Below are positions 21,669-34,532 of a DNA stretch of 64,000 nt, piece by piece. Below the pieces are notes generated by a model. The model worked only from the letters and a program-made list of their open reading frames with translations, made no database searches and had not been told where the DNA came from. The translations under genes and the position numbers were made by a program. Position 1 is the stretch's first letter. Every line of letters starts with the position of its first letter. The DNA comes from Octopus vulgaris (taxonomy: Eukaryota). The stretch is from positions 14,632,001-14,696,000 of the forward strand of contig OX597832.1 in assembly GCA_951406725.2 (NCBI GenBank), given 5' to 3'.

Positions 21669-24600
21669 TTATCCAGTATAGGTAAAGAAAATCACACACA
21701 CACACACACACAGACGCATATATATATATATATATATATATATAGTCGAAACATATGGTATGCACTTGGTGGTAAATATCTCATTCGAAGGAGAGAGTCT
21801 CTGTTCAGATATATTTGAAGATCCTATATATTTAATTGTTAAATTTGACAACTTGTAATTGTGTCTTAATTTTCATACAATATACAGACTTCAATTTTTG
21901 TTTCCTTCTTTTGGACATGGTAAACACGCTGGGCTCTACTTAACAATTCTCGGCTATTTCCAGCCCGATATATCTCTAGACTAACGTTAATCATGTTAAA
22001 TTAAACCACCAACGAAGATAAATATTAGGAGGGAAATATAATAGAGGAGCATGCGTTCTTCACTGTGTTCCTGCTTAATCTTTAGTATTCACCCTACACT
22101 TACTTAAGAAAACTACAAGACAAGAAATATTGATTACAGTATTAGATATCATAACTACATACACCAGAATAGTATAATGAAAAATGTAATCAAAATTCCT
22201 TATTCCTAAGTGTCACGTGCAGTGACACAAGCGCGGTCTTAGTATTACAAGTGGAACGCGTGGTGTCTTACTTAAATATCCACGCAAACACACACATTAT
22301 AATCCATAGGATTACAACAGGGAGAATTTAAGAAACCAGAGATTCGTATATATGATGTTTATAGAATTCTCCCTTAATCAGTTTTGATTCTTTTTTTGCG
22401 TGGGCTATTATAAGAAGTCGAGTCATGTAATGTATGTTTTTGAGAGGAATACATTCTATTATTATACCACAAATCTGAGATATTTCACGTTTTAATGGTG
22501 TGCAATATACGCCTCAGTATGACGTAATGAAATTGATGATGATTTCAACATAACTTCTTCACAGGAAAAATAACGCTAATCGAGTGTATTGCTAGTATAA
22601 ATTTATTTTAATATGATACATGAATGTAGCGGTAACTACTCCATAGTTGATTCTATATATTAAATCATAGAGAATATATTTATCTGCATTAAATTGAAAG
22701 GTGATTATATAATCAGATGCACTTTATTCATTTATCATCATGAAATACTTAAAATTCAAGCAAGAAAAAGGTATAGTGACAATAAATTATCAGTTATGAA
22801 CGCTACTAGTTAATTACTAAAGAATATCACCAAAGGCACATCAAAATGTCAAGCGTGAAATACACATGATGCAATTTAATTTCCGCCTGCTTATATATAT
22901 ATATACACACACACATGCACACACATATTTATATATGTATGCACATACACACGTATACGCTGACAGATAGACATACACACTTCTTTTTTCTTTGTCTCAA
23001 TCTCTGCATGTGTCTTTCGCTCACGCATATATAAAAGACACACACTTGTATCCAAATAGCAACATTTCTTTAGTGACAAAATGAAGATAAAAAAAAAACT
23101 GAAAATCTTTTATTCAACATTTCGTTAGCAGATATTTGGAACATTTACGCACAAAACCCGAAAGAGAAACGTGAATAAAACCACTTGAAATCGAAAAGAT
23201 GTTTGATGTCTTCCTTAAGGAAGAATGTAATTCTAAGTCGATTTCTTTGCCACATATTATTTCAAAGAAAGTTGACGACTCTTTCCAGGGTGTCTTTCTT
23301 GTATTCTTTATAATGCATTTATATCCTTAATGGCATTGTTCCATATACCGCCAGAACAAATGCGAAACATCTTAGGATTTTGTTAAGATACTTTAGTAAG
23401 TTTTCCAGTATTTCATTTATTGAAAAATACTTTTATCTGATTTGCCGTGCAACCTCCATTGGTATTTTTGGATACAAAACGTAATTATGTCATCAACTTA
23501 TTTGTTAGAGAATAGAGATTTTATTTTTATTTAAATGACTCATTAAATGTCTACTTCTGAGTTTGTAATGAAATTGCTATTGAAATCCGCAAATCAACAA
23601 CTATTTAACGTATACTGCTTTCGTATCGCTACATTCATGTGTTGTTATGACTAGTACAAATAATTTAGATACATTATATTTAAAATTAAAATATATTTGT
23701 GTTGTCCAGAATGCCTCCATAGTTCAGCAGATCTAGGAAAACTACATCATGATTTCTCATCCGATCAATTATTTCGTTCTAAGTACAAACCATTGTGTAT
23801 TTTTGTATCGTTTAATTTGATGACTTAAAATTATGGTTCGATGTCGATTTATCCGGTATACCCATGAAGATGTAATAAATATAGGTATCTCCATCGAAGT
23901 AACTCAATGTATTTTGCGAAATCCCCAATTTTGTCAAAAATGAAATATAGATCCGAATAAATATATGTATGTAAGCAATTATTTTTCCGTCTCTGTTCCT
24001 GTATTTCTTGTACAGTAATGATGATAAGAATTACCAAGCGTTGACATTCTACAGCAATACAACAGTTTATTGTTTGTCTTTCATTCTTTCAAGATCAACT
24101 AAATCAGATCGAGTGAAGTTTTTAGGACTTTCAGGTGCTTTGGTCTATCGATTTACTTCTTCCTCTAGAAATTGCTGCACTAGAGAGAAAATAAGAAACA
24201 AATATCACCGTTTATGTTTGTTCAGTTAAATGACAGAACGATTACGAGTTTTGTTTGTGAGTATATTACTGAAATATTACAATTTGATGTTCATGATATT
24301 TGTTTGGGTTCACTCTGCTTGAGATGCTTAATGTAGCATATGGCTTGACAATGATTCGTTAGTTACAGACAACAGTTATACATATTTATTGATATTTTAA
24401 AATTGTTTCTCCTGATGGGATTCAATGGTGTGCGTATAATTTGACAATTAGCATGCACATATGATAGTGAGAGGCTGTCAGATGCAAAACATATTTATTT
24501 GTAGATTAGTGTTTTCCATTTAGTTTAGTTATAATCCACTATACAGCTGTGCTTTTAATACGTACTCCTTTATCATCCAACTTTGCTAAGAAAACTAGAA

Positions 24601-24897
24601 ACGATATATTACAAAGTTATTGAAAGCAGGAAATTGGATGATTCACTGTAATATCGGACGTAGTTGCTAGCGCTCTATATACGTCATTCCATCATGTTGT
24701 ATGTCATGAAACAAGATACGAGTATATAGCGGTTAATTGTCAGACTCATTGTAAATTTTCACAGAATGATTATGGTATTTTGTCTATCTCCTAGCGTACC
24801 TTGGTCGCTTCCCTGCTTATCTGGTACAATTAATCGACCGCACGTTTTCCTTCCTTCACATAACGGAGTCTACTCTGTTGTAAAGAATGCATGTATG

Positions 24898-24940
<43 letters not shown>

Positions 24941-24943
<3 letters not shown>

Positions 24944-25568
24944 AGTTAGTTAGTTAGTTAATTTGGCTCAAAAGCAAATAGCAAGGCCATGTAGGGGGAC
25001 ATGGAGTTAAGTACAGGGTCGTGTTCATGTAAAGAGTTCAGGCCACTTGAGGTCCAGGGAGGCTTTGAACAAAGCGGTCGTCGGCATCTTCACCATCTCG
25101 TCTGGCAGCTTGTTCCACGGTTCCGCAACCCGGACGGAGAAAGCTTCTCTCCTTCGATTGAGATGAAATCGTCGCAGGTAGAGCTTTTCGGAATGACCCC
25201 GCAGCCGACGCTCTGGAGCAGGAGTGAAGAACAGCTCTTTCGAGAGGTTACACTTTCCGCTTATGATGTTGTGGGCGAGAATGAGATCACCACGGCGGCG
25301 GCGTTTTTCAAGAGAATAAAGGTCGAGCGTCCTCAGCCTTTCTTCGTAGGACAAATTTTTGAGACCATGAACCATGCAGGTAGCCAGCTTCTGGACTCTT
25401 TCGAGATGCTGCATGTCTTTGAGGAGATAAGGAGAAGAGGCTTGAATCCCATACTCCAATATGGGTCTCACCAGTGTGACATAGAGTGGTAGGAATATGG
25501 CTGCTGTGAGCATTCCGAATGACCGTCGAATCAAGAACAGAATTCCGCGTGCTTTGTTGGCAGCATGG
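24941..25568 (-). mobile_element. 5'-truncated CR1-clade LINE with (TAAC)n tail
   Basis: ORF 25025-25630 contains ANKARGILFLIRRSF…LYVTLVRPILEYG…LERVQKLAT…LSYEERL…SLEKRRRRGDLI…LRGHSEKL…FSVRVAEPWNKLP with no stops, followed by a short 3' UTR and the gttagttag… repeat at 24941-24960. Confidence 0.93.
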
Positions 25569-26351
25569 ACGCACACACACGCACGCACATGTTTAAGTTT
25601 GATTTCGTGCTTGTTTTTGTTCTTGAACATCGTTTGACAACCACTGACACAAGCATTAGCTAAAATGTTTAAATTCTATAATTTCAAACATTCAGTCATC
25701 CCAATAAAAAATCGTTAACAAATATACACGTTAGGTTCGGTCGTGAAATACAAAAGGATCTTTACATATCTACCGTATTTCCTGATGTTTACAACAAGAC
25801 ATAGTATTACTTATTGTCAAGTTCTTACTATCAGTAACAATCAATTTATCAAGTAGCCTTTTGCCATCCATCTTTCTCGTCAACTAAATTTAAATTCTCA
25901 TTCGTAATGCAGCCTCAGCAGGTGCAGTCTCTCATTCCTAATACGACATCATTAGGTACAGAAAATGTGTGTTATATGCCTGAATATATCGTATATATAA
26001 CTTAGATAACGTACATTTTAAAGTGGATGCGTAAATAGCAAACTTCTACTTCATTTTAAGGAATGAAATTTAATTACTGCCGTGATCAGAAACGTTAAGA
26101 AAATATTTACAATAGCAATATAACAAGTGAGGTATAAAATTACAGATTTGTTGATTTTACGTCATTCCAATGAACGTTTATAATACATTTACAGGTCTGC
26201 ATATTTCTTACGATGCACATGCACATATGCACACACACACACACACGCGCATACACACGTAAGAGCATATAGGTACCTACGAGAATATATATGTATATTT
26301 AAGTTACAATATATGGATTATAGTAATCTGGTAGTACTCATTAAAATCTAG

Positions 26352-26750
26352 AGTGGCTGCGTGGTAAGTACATTGCTTACCAATCACATGTTTCTTAGTC
26401 TCACTGCATGGCAACTCGGGCAACTATCTTCTACTCGGGCCGACCAAACCCTTCTGAGTGGATTTGGCAAACGGAAACTGAAAGAAGCCCGTCGTATATA
26501 TATATATATATACATATATATGTGTGTGTGTGCGCGCGTGTGTGTGTGTATGTTTGTGTGTATGTTTTTCCCCCATCCTCACTTGACAACCGATAGTGGT
26601 GTATTTAGGTCCTCGTCACTTAGCAGTTCAGCAAAGCGACCGATAGAGTATATAGTAGGCTTACAAAGAACAAATCCTGGGATCGATTTGATTCGACTAT
26701 AGGTGGTGCTCCAGCATCCGCGCAATCAAATGACTGAAACAAGTAAAAGA
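26352..26750 (+). mobile_element. SINE family 1, plus-strand copy
   Basis: gagtggctgcgtggtaagta…gagtggatttggcaaacggaaactgaaagaagcccgtcg…ggtgctccagcat…aatgactgaaacaagtaaaaga. Confidence 0.88.
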
Positions 26751-27644
26751 ATGTATTATTCTGCAAAACATACAGAATAAAAAGTAAGGGAAAACGATAT
26801 GGAGTGCATAAATTCATAAATAACAGATACCTGATGATGTAGCTTTCATTCTGCCTTCTTTTGAAGTATTTTTCCAATTAGTATTAATGCTGGCATGTAA
26901 GTAATTTATTTGTTATCAAATATAATGATATAAATAATTAATTCCATTACTATTTGCGGTACTATAAATATAAATAATTAAAATGTTTTTAAGTACTGAA
27001 ACAATTTGCTGTGATCTTATACTTTTCTTATTATTAAATAAACTTGCATCAAAGTATGTATCAATAGAACCAGAGATGTAAATCCGGAAATGACCAAGAT
27101 AGGAATGGTGAAAGCCCGACTCCGTACGAATATTTTATAATGAATTCCGTACGAATATTTTATTATGAATTCTTCACCCAGCTATGCATACATTCACAAG
27201 GGGCTGAAGGAAATCCGTTTTGTTCATCAGAGTCATACATGGGTGCACTAATAGCACCTATTGCACCATCGGCTACAGATTCCAGGTCAAAATATACTGT
27301 GAGTTCCGAATTAGATGAAAAAGAAATAACAACAACCAATTAATTGCAGTTCGCTACGGCTGTTTCTGTTTCTTATTCATGAACAGGTGAATACAGATAA
27401 GAATTAACAATTAGAATTTTTCAAGAAAAAAAAGGACATAGTGCTTCATTACTCGACGAGCCCAAATGCCTCTTACTAAATTTGTGTCGCACGAGTCATG
27501 GAACACTATGTTGTTTTGCTTGAGGATTTCTAATTGTTAATTTCCAGCTGTTGAAAACGTTCTTTTTTTTTAAATAATGTAACAATTCTGTTAATCAGTT
27601 AAAACACATTTGAAACAAGTGTAGTGAATCACGATCCTGTTGTG

Positions 27645-27705
<61 letters not shown>

Positions 27706-28299
27706 ATGTATATGTATATACATATATATGTACATATCAATCTATCTATTTTTTTTTCTAGTTTCAGCTCAGAGCTGCGGCCATGCTGATGCACCGCCGT
27801 TTAAAATTTAAACTTGATCTCTTGCAATTTCTGGAAGAGATTTGAAATCACCACCTATGTGCTGTATTACTGCTTCTCAACACCAATACCTACTGCGATA
27901 TATACATACACATATATATGTCTGTCCGTATGTATGTACCTGTGTGTCTGCGTGCGTATGTAGTATAGAGATTCAACATATATTCTTTTTAACACTACAT
28001 GTTATGCGTTCTTCCTGCATATTTATGTCTGGTTCAAATTTGTTCAACATCATACACTCATATTACATTGGAATTTCTTAAGAAGTCAATCTGCACACGT
28101 AATTTTAGGAGGCATATCTGAATACTTTAGTTACAGTAATTGGAATGGCATCATGCAAGTCTCCTCCTATATATATAAATTCTCATTAATCTTCACTGTA
28201 TTACATTTTCTAAGAGATGCACTAAAGTAGGAATATATTTCATGGCGCCCCGGATAGCAAATATATTGAACGTGTGTAAGCTAGCTGCATTATTATAAT

Positions 28300-28491
28300 C
28301 ATTTCTACTGTAGGCATAATACCTGAAAATTTGTTGGAGAGGACAGTCGATTATATCAACCCTAGTGCGCAAGTGGAGATGATGAAAGGCAAAGTAGACA
28401 TCGGCGGATTTTGAACTCAGAATTTAGCGACAGACGAAATAACGTTAAGCATTTCAGCCGGCGCGCTAACGATTCTGCCAGCTCGCTGCCT
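28300..28491 (-). mobile_element. SINE family 2 (tail B), 18-bp TSD with one mismatch
   Basis: TSD tagctgcattattataat (28282-28299) / tagctggattattataat (28492-28509). Head and core match 16620-16855. Confidence 0.88.
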
Positions 28492-31400
28492 TAGCTGGAT
28501 TATTATAATACGATAAAACTTGAAATAATGCGATTGATTGTCGACATCAACTAATTAAATAGTTTAAAAGCTATTATATATTATAGTGACGTGTGGGGAA
28601 ATCACAGGTAATTTCATTTCACAGATATTTCTCTGTTTCAAGAGGAAAAGGAAAATACATCACCACATTCTTTGAAGATGGTAAAACTTATGGCATTGTA
28701 GGTATTTATGAAGATATATATATATATATATATTCTTATGTTTGAAGAATTATAAAATATTGGCCAGTTTCTTAAAACGTTTCAAGTCTAAATCTGTAAT
28801 TTTCGATTTTTATTTCAATTCAGACAAAAGCATTTCAGCATGATGAAATTTTCCAAGAGGATCTTCATAGCACTACTCAGAAAAGATCATTAATTAAACA
28901 TGAGCATTTCATTACATTATATTATTTTTATTTTTATCGTTGCCCCAGTCTCGTTCACGCAAACATGTATACATACACATTTCAAAAGACAGAAAAAAAA
29001 AACATATACAACAACATATTCTTAATGAAATATCCTTTTTGCTTTCAGTATTGCATAGAATCTAAATAATTATCATACTAAATCGGCAACCTCGACAACA
29101 TCTGCTATCAATTAATATTCAACCTCTTCCCATTTCTATTTCATGTTAGGTTTCGCCATTTGAGAAATAACTTAAATTACCAGAAATGCAAATTTCTCAA
29201 ATCACAATACACACAGAAATAAGAAGGCAACTCAAATCAACAACATAAAAAAGAATCTATAAAACATTATATAATTAAAAAAATCAATAAATCTGTCTGC
29301 AATGTTAAAAGAGTTCAAATGAATTGATCTTCTGCCGCTATCCAAACAACAGTGAAAACCGCTTCTGTAGCAGTGACTTTCACTTCAATTCAAATTCATT
29401 AAGTACAATTATTATCTTCAGAATTTGTGCAAATGTTACGCTATCACCAATTCATCAAAATGAGGAAGCAATATTTTTGAAATATTTTTTTAGAATAGTT
29501 TTTGTTATCATTTGTATATTATTTTTGTTCATTTAATGTTGGTTCTCTATGATGTGAAATATAAACGCAAAGAGATTGGCTTTACGACCTAGTTATATTA
29601 CAATCGTTACTACGTTTATCGGATTTGAATAATCAATTTAAATTCTGTTGACTAATATTTAGTTATTAAAGTGACGTTTGTAAAATTTTAGAAGTTTATC
29701 AATATATTTTTCATGACAAACATTGTTCCGCTAACGTTATCAATGTTTGCTAGTAAAAAAAAACACGTAAAAAGAAAAAAAAAAGCAAATAAGTATATGT
29801 TTTTTGATCGCCATAACCAAAACAAATATGCTCAGCATTGCGTATGTAGCTATATATACATATCTAAACCACCACCCTCACTTTCTCTCTGTCTCTTTCT
29901 ACATGCATGTATTTGAGCGCAGTAGGTATACAATGTGTGTGTATGTGTTTATATGTAAGCACACACACATAGATACACACGTATATATATATATATAGGT
30001 ATGCATATATGTGAGTATGTATGCATTAGGTTTGCATATGTGTGTGTGAGTGTTTCTGTGTATGTATTTATAAATAGATATAGATAGATTTTCAATGCGT
30101 AGGCACACTTTCAGCAAGTAATTTATTTTTCTTTAAGCAGTTTCCTCAAGCATGCACTATGTATTATCCAAGTAATGTCTGCCATTTAATTGTAGATGTT
30201 ATATATTTCAGATAGCGCCTTATGCATTACTTAATATGTTTCTTTTGCCCTCTCATAAGCCGAATATAGTTGCAATTAAATGAAAGTGGACAACACTATA
30301 TACATTGCTAAATGCAAAGTTGACGCCAGTTGAAATCTTCATCTTTTTTTCGTTTTTATTCTAAAGAAAATCAAAATTCAATGAGCTATTTCAATCAAGT
30401 AAGTTTTTCCTTAAATCTAATGCTTAGTTATAATTAATAAAAATACACTATTCTTATTTATATATCCATCAACCCATTTATTCCTGAAGGCATATGCAGT
30501 GGATGCTACAAAAGCTAAATATTACGTAACTCAGTTACACCGGTGTGTGGAGTTAACCCATCTTCTTAACGAAACGTGTTTAGTTGTAAAATAATGCCAA
30601 CGTATTGAGATTCATATATCTTTCTCAAATCAAATAGTGTTGCTCTATCTTTTCTTGCATATTTCGGTATGAATGAAAACTATCTAAATATTACATTTAT
30701 ATTTTTGGTCTTGACTTATGACAAAAAATATTTCAGCGTATTATTTAAACAATTCGATATAAATTGTAATCTTATTTAAACCAAATATTTGTTTGTATTC
30801 AAGTCGTTCACGTCCAAGTGAAACTAATGTCATGAATGTAACTAAAACAAATGTTGGGGGATAAGATTTATTGTATAATGGACTGTAAAAGCATATGAGT
30901 TGTGACAGCCGAAAAACAAAAGCGGAAATACGATACAAGATTATAAACAAAGTGTTGTACGTATATATATCTACATATCTCTTACAAGGAGCATGAATGC
31001 CACAAACTACGCATGTTAAGAGAACCTATGTTAGGCTGCATCCTCTCCATCACAGATATTGTTCTTTGTTTTATTAGGCCTTTAGGGACCAAATCGAGGT
31101 ATAACAGAAACTTTAGCACCACAAGTAGTAATGGAATAGTTGTAGTAACTGTACAAAAAGAACAAAATGAAAAAAATAAAATGAAGCTTAACAAAGAATA
31201 TCATGAAAAATTTGAAGTAGATTAAAAAAAGCGAGGAAATAAAAAAATGATAAAAATATAGCCGCAGCAATAGCAACTATGCCAGCATCCCTTGAATCTT
31301 CAATGTCACGAAGCCTAACTAAACAATTTTCATAAAAAAATAGAAGAAAATGTAAGGGAGAATGAATTAACCAGATTCAGTTGTCATGTTTTTGAGATCT

Positions 31401-31805
31401 CATATCTTTGAAATGTTAGTGTGCTTGAAATCTCAAACGAAGACAAGTAGTGAATATTTAGCTTTGAGAATTCATTTAAAACTTTTGCCATTCTTTGAAA
31501 ATATCTTTATTATCGTTAGAAGTTTAGAAAACTGGGCTAGCTTCAAGCTGAAATATTGTCAATAAATCATAAACCTAATCTTCTTTGTATTATAGAAAAA
31601 TCCACTCATGAAATAAACCAACGTTTTTGATGTACTATATTTGTTTCCTTCAACATATTATTCTTGTCTCTATAGCTACTATCATATTCATATACTCTTA
31701 CACGCATCTATAAAAGACATGCACACACAAATACACACACGCATATACACACATATATTCACATACGTTTATCTCTTTATCTCTTTCTACTGATAGGTGA
31801 ATTAG

Positions 31806-32153
<348 letters not shown>

Positions 32154-34307
32154 TAAGACACAAGGACAGATACATCTTGTAATGAGTGATGTACAAGATG
32201 GGTTTGTCTTAAGTTAAAGTGCAACTCGTCCACACTTGAACTTTATCATGTCAAAATGTGCCATGCCTTACTAAATAAAACAAACATAAAGCGTTATTGA
32301 AACATCATTATCTTAGATTTTCCATCCAAAAATATCACTAATATATACCTACAATTGCTGACTTGGAACTTATTTTGTGTCATTTCTTCATTATTATTTC
32401 TTTGTCTACTAGACTTTTCTTGTGGACGTGCGGGACGATTGTTGCGAAAACGAGAAGTGAAGATATATTTTATTTAAGTTCTGTACAAACAATTCTTCAC
32501 ATAAATGTCACGAAAGTAAAGCACGTTTTATCATTATTATTATTATTTTTTTTTTGCTTTTTAATGTCCGCTTCGATATACTAAATACGGTGCGTATATA
32601 TTTTCCATGCATGGAAAGCGTATCATCTAATGTAGATACTATTTATATGTCTTTATATAAGTTCATATTTTCAGCTATGCTACTTGTAAAATTTAATGTA
32701 CTTTCTATTTGCAACACTTCTACAACAACGTATTTTATTTCCAATGAATATTATCTTATTCAGTTTGTGCTAATTTCGATGCTATTTACTACTCCAAATA
32801 TATTTAAATAATGTGCAATCTATGTTTTACTAAATTTGTAATCATTCGGAATACCAAGATTATCGCTCAATCTCATTCGATTCTAAAATACTAATGACCA
32901 AAATTTGCATATATTCCAATATTTTTTGTCTAATCTTAATTAATAACAAATCGTCATCATGTTATATATGGAGCTATTTCTTATTGATTGCACATTCAAT
33001 AGTTAGTTTACACAGGTGAAACGTTGACTGTGATGGGTTTCATGTTTAACACTATATGCACTTGATTTACTCACTCAATATCCCAAATTTGATATTGAGG
33101 GAAATATGCTTTCGGTGCTAAGCTCTTATATAAAGATTAATAGAAACTAACTCATTGATAATATATTACATTAATTATGTAATTTTAGAGTTTGAACTGG
33201 CTACCATTCATTCATCAATCCATATCATATTTTTGTTTATAATATTGCACATTTCCCTCTTTTGTCCAGTTCGTCAAGATGGTGCTTATCTTGAGTGTCA
33301 CCACACTGCTTTTATATCTTTAAACATCAACAGTTTCTTCTAGTTAACTGAGTGGAGTATAATCTAATAAATCCGAAATATTTGTCCTGTTTCTTGTGTT
33401 GGATTCAACATATGCATTCATTGGAAAGAGTTTCGTTTTCAATCTTTGATGATTTTTGTTTCATGTGTAAAATATATTTCCGATTGTTCATCATTTGGGA
33501 ATTATAACGTTTGATTCCTCCTCTGACTTTAAATTGCTGAGAGATAATAATCGATCTTCTGTTTGATTAATTGTTTAAAGCATTTCATCCAGTATATTTT
33601 GTATTATGTCCCTAACAGTTTTCTTATAGCCTGCTTCTCTCCTCTTCCTTTTTGTTTTGATACTAAATTATCAATGATCTTAATAATTATAACCCGTCTT
33701 TGAATTGGGCGAAAGATCATACTGTATTAAAGTACATTGCCGAGGGCATCATTATGCAGTGTATTTATGTACAATTATCACTTGTATAATATATTCTTGA
33801 CTATTTTACATTATGAAAGCATAGGTAAGTCAGATGCAATACGTTTCATTTGAATCCATTAAGTCAGACTCCAACCAAAATACGAAATATCTTCAACGAT
33901 TATGATTAATCTTGATAGTAATTGACCATCATTTTCAAAGTTAAATACATACTTTTCCATCAGATTTGGTCCCAAAGCAAAGCAATAATCGTTAATTTAT
34001 CCTACTACTGTCACACTCGAAAAAAAAAATGGAGTGATGTTCGGTGTTACTTTTCTGTGGAATTTGCTACTTTACTACTATGTTCATTGGACTTTGGCGA
34101 AAACAAAAGGAGAAATACTTTCTGCCATAAATTGATAATTACACAGTTTGTATGTTTAATTTATAGTATACAAAAATATGATACTGAGAAATATTTCAGA
34201 CTTCTGAGGGGATATGTTAACCTCCTCAAAGGCATTTTTCATAATAGGTCAATATGCACCAACGTAAGAATCAGGGGACATATCCTATATTACATAAACA
34301 TATAAAG

Positions 34308-34532
34308 TGGTGAGCTGGCATGCGTTTTAACCCACTGGGCAAAATACTTAACATCGCAACCCCATGACGTCATTGCTTTGAGTTTATTCCTCTAATTTGA
34401 AATTCCGCCGAGGTTTACTTTGCCTTTCATCCTTTCGGTTTCGATAAAATTGGTACTAATTGGACAATGCGTCGACGTAATCGCCTTACCACCCTCATGG
34501 GATGTCCAAATTTGCCCCAACATTTGAAACTA
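34308..34532 (+). mobile_element. SINE family 2, diverged plus-strand copy
   Basis: gtggtgagctggca…aaattccgccgaggtttactttgcctttcatcctttcggtttcgataaaattggtac. Confidence 0.8.

Noticed and set aside
25001-25492. 163-aa plus-strand ORF
   Set aside because: Antisense shadow of the CR1 ORF on the minus strand.
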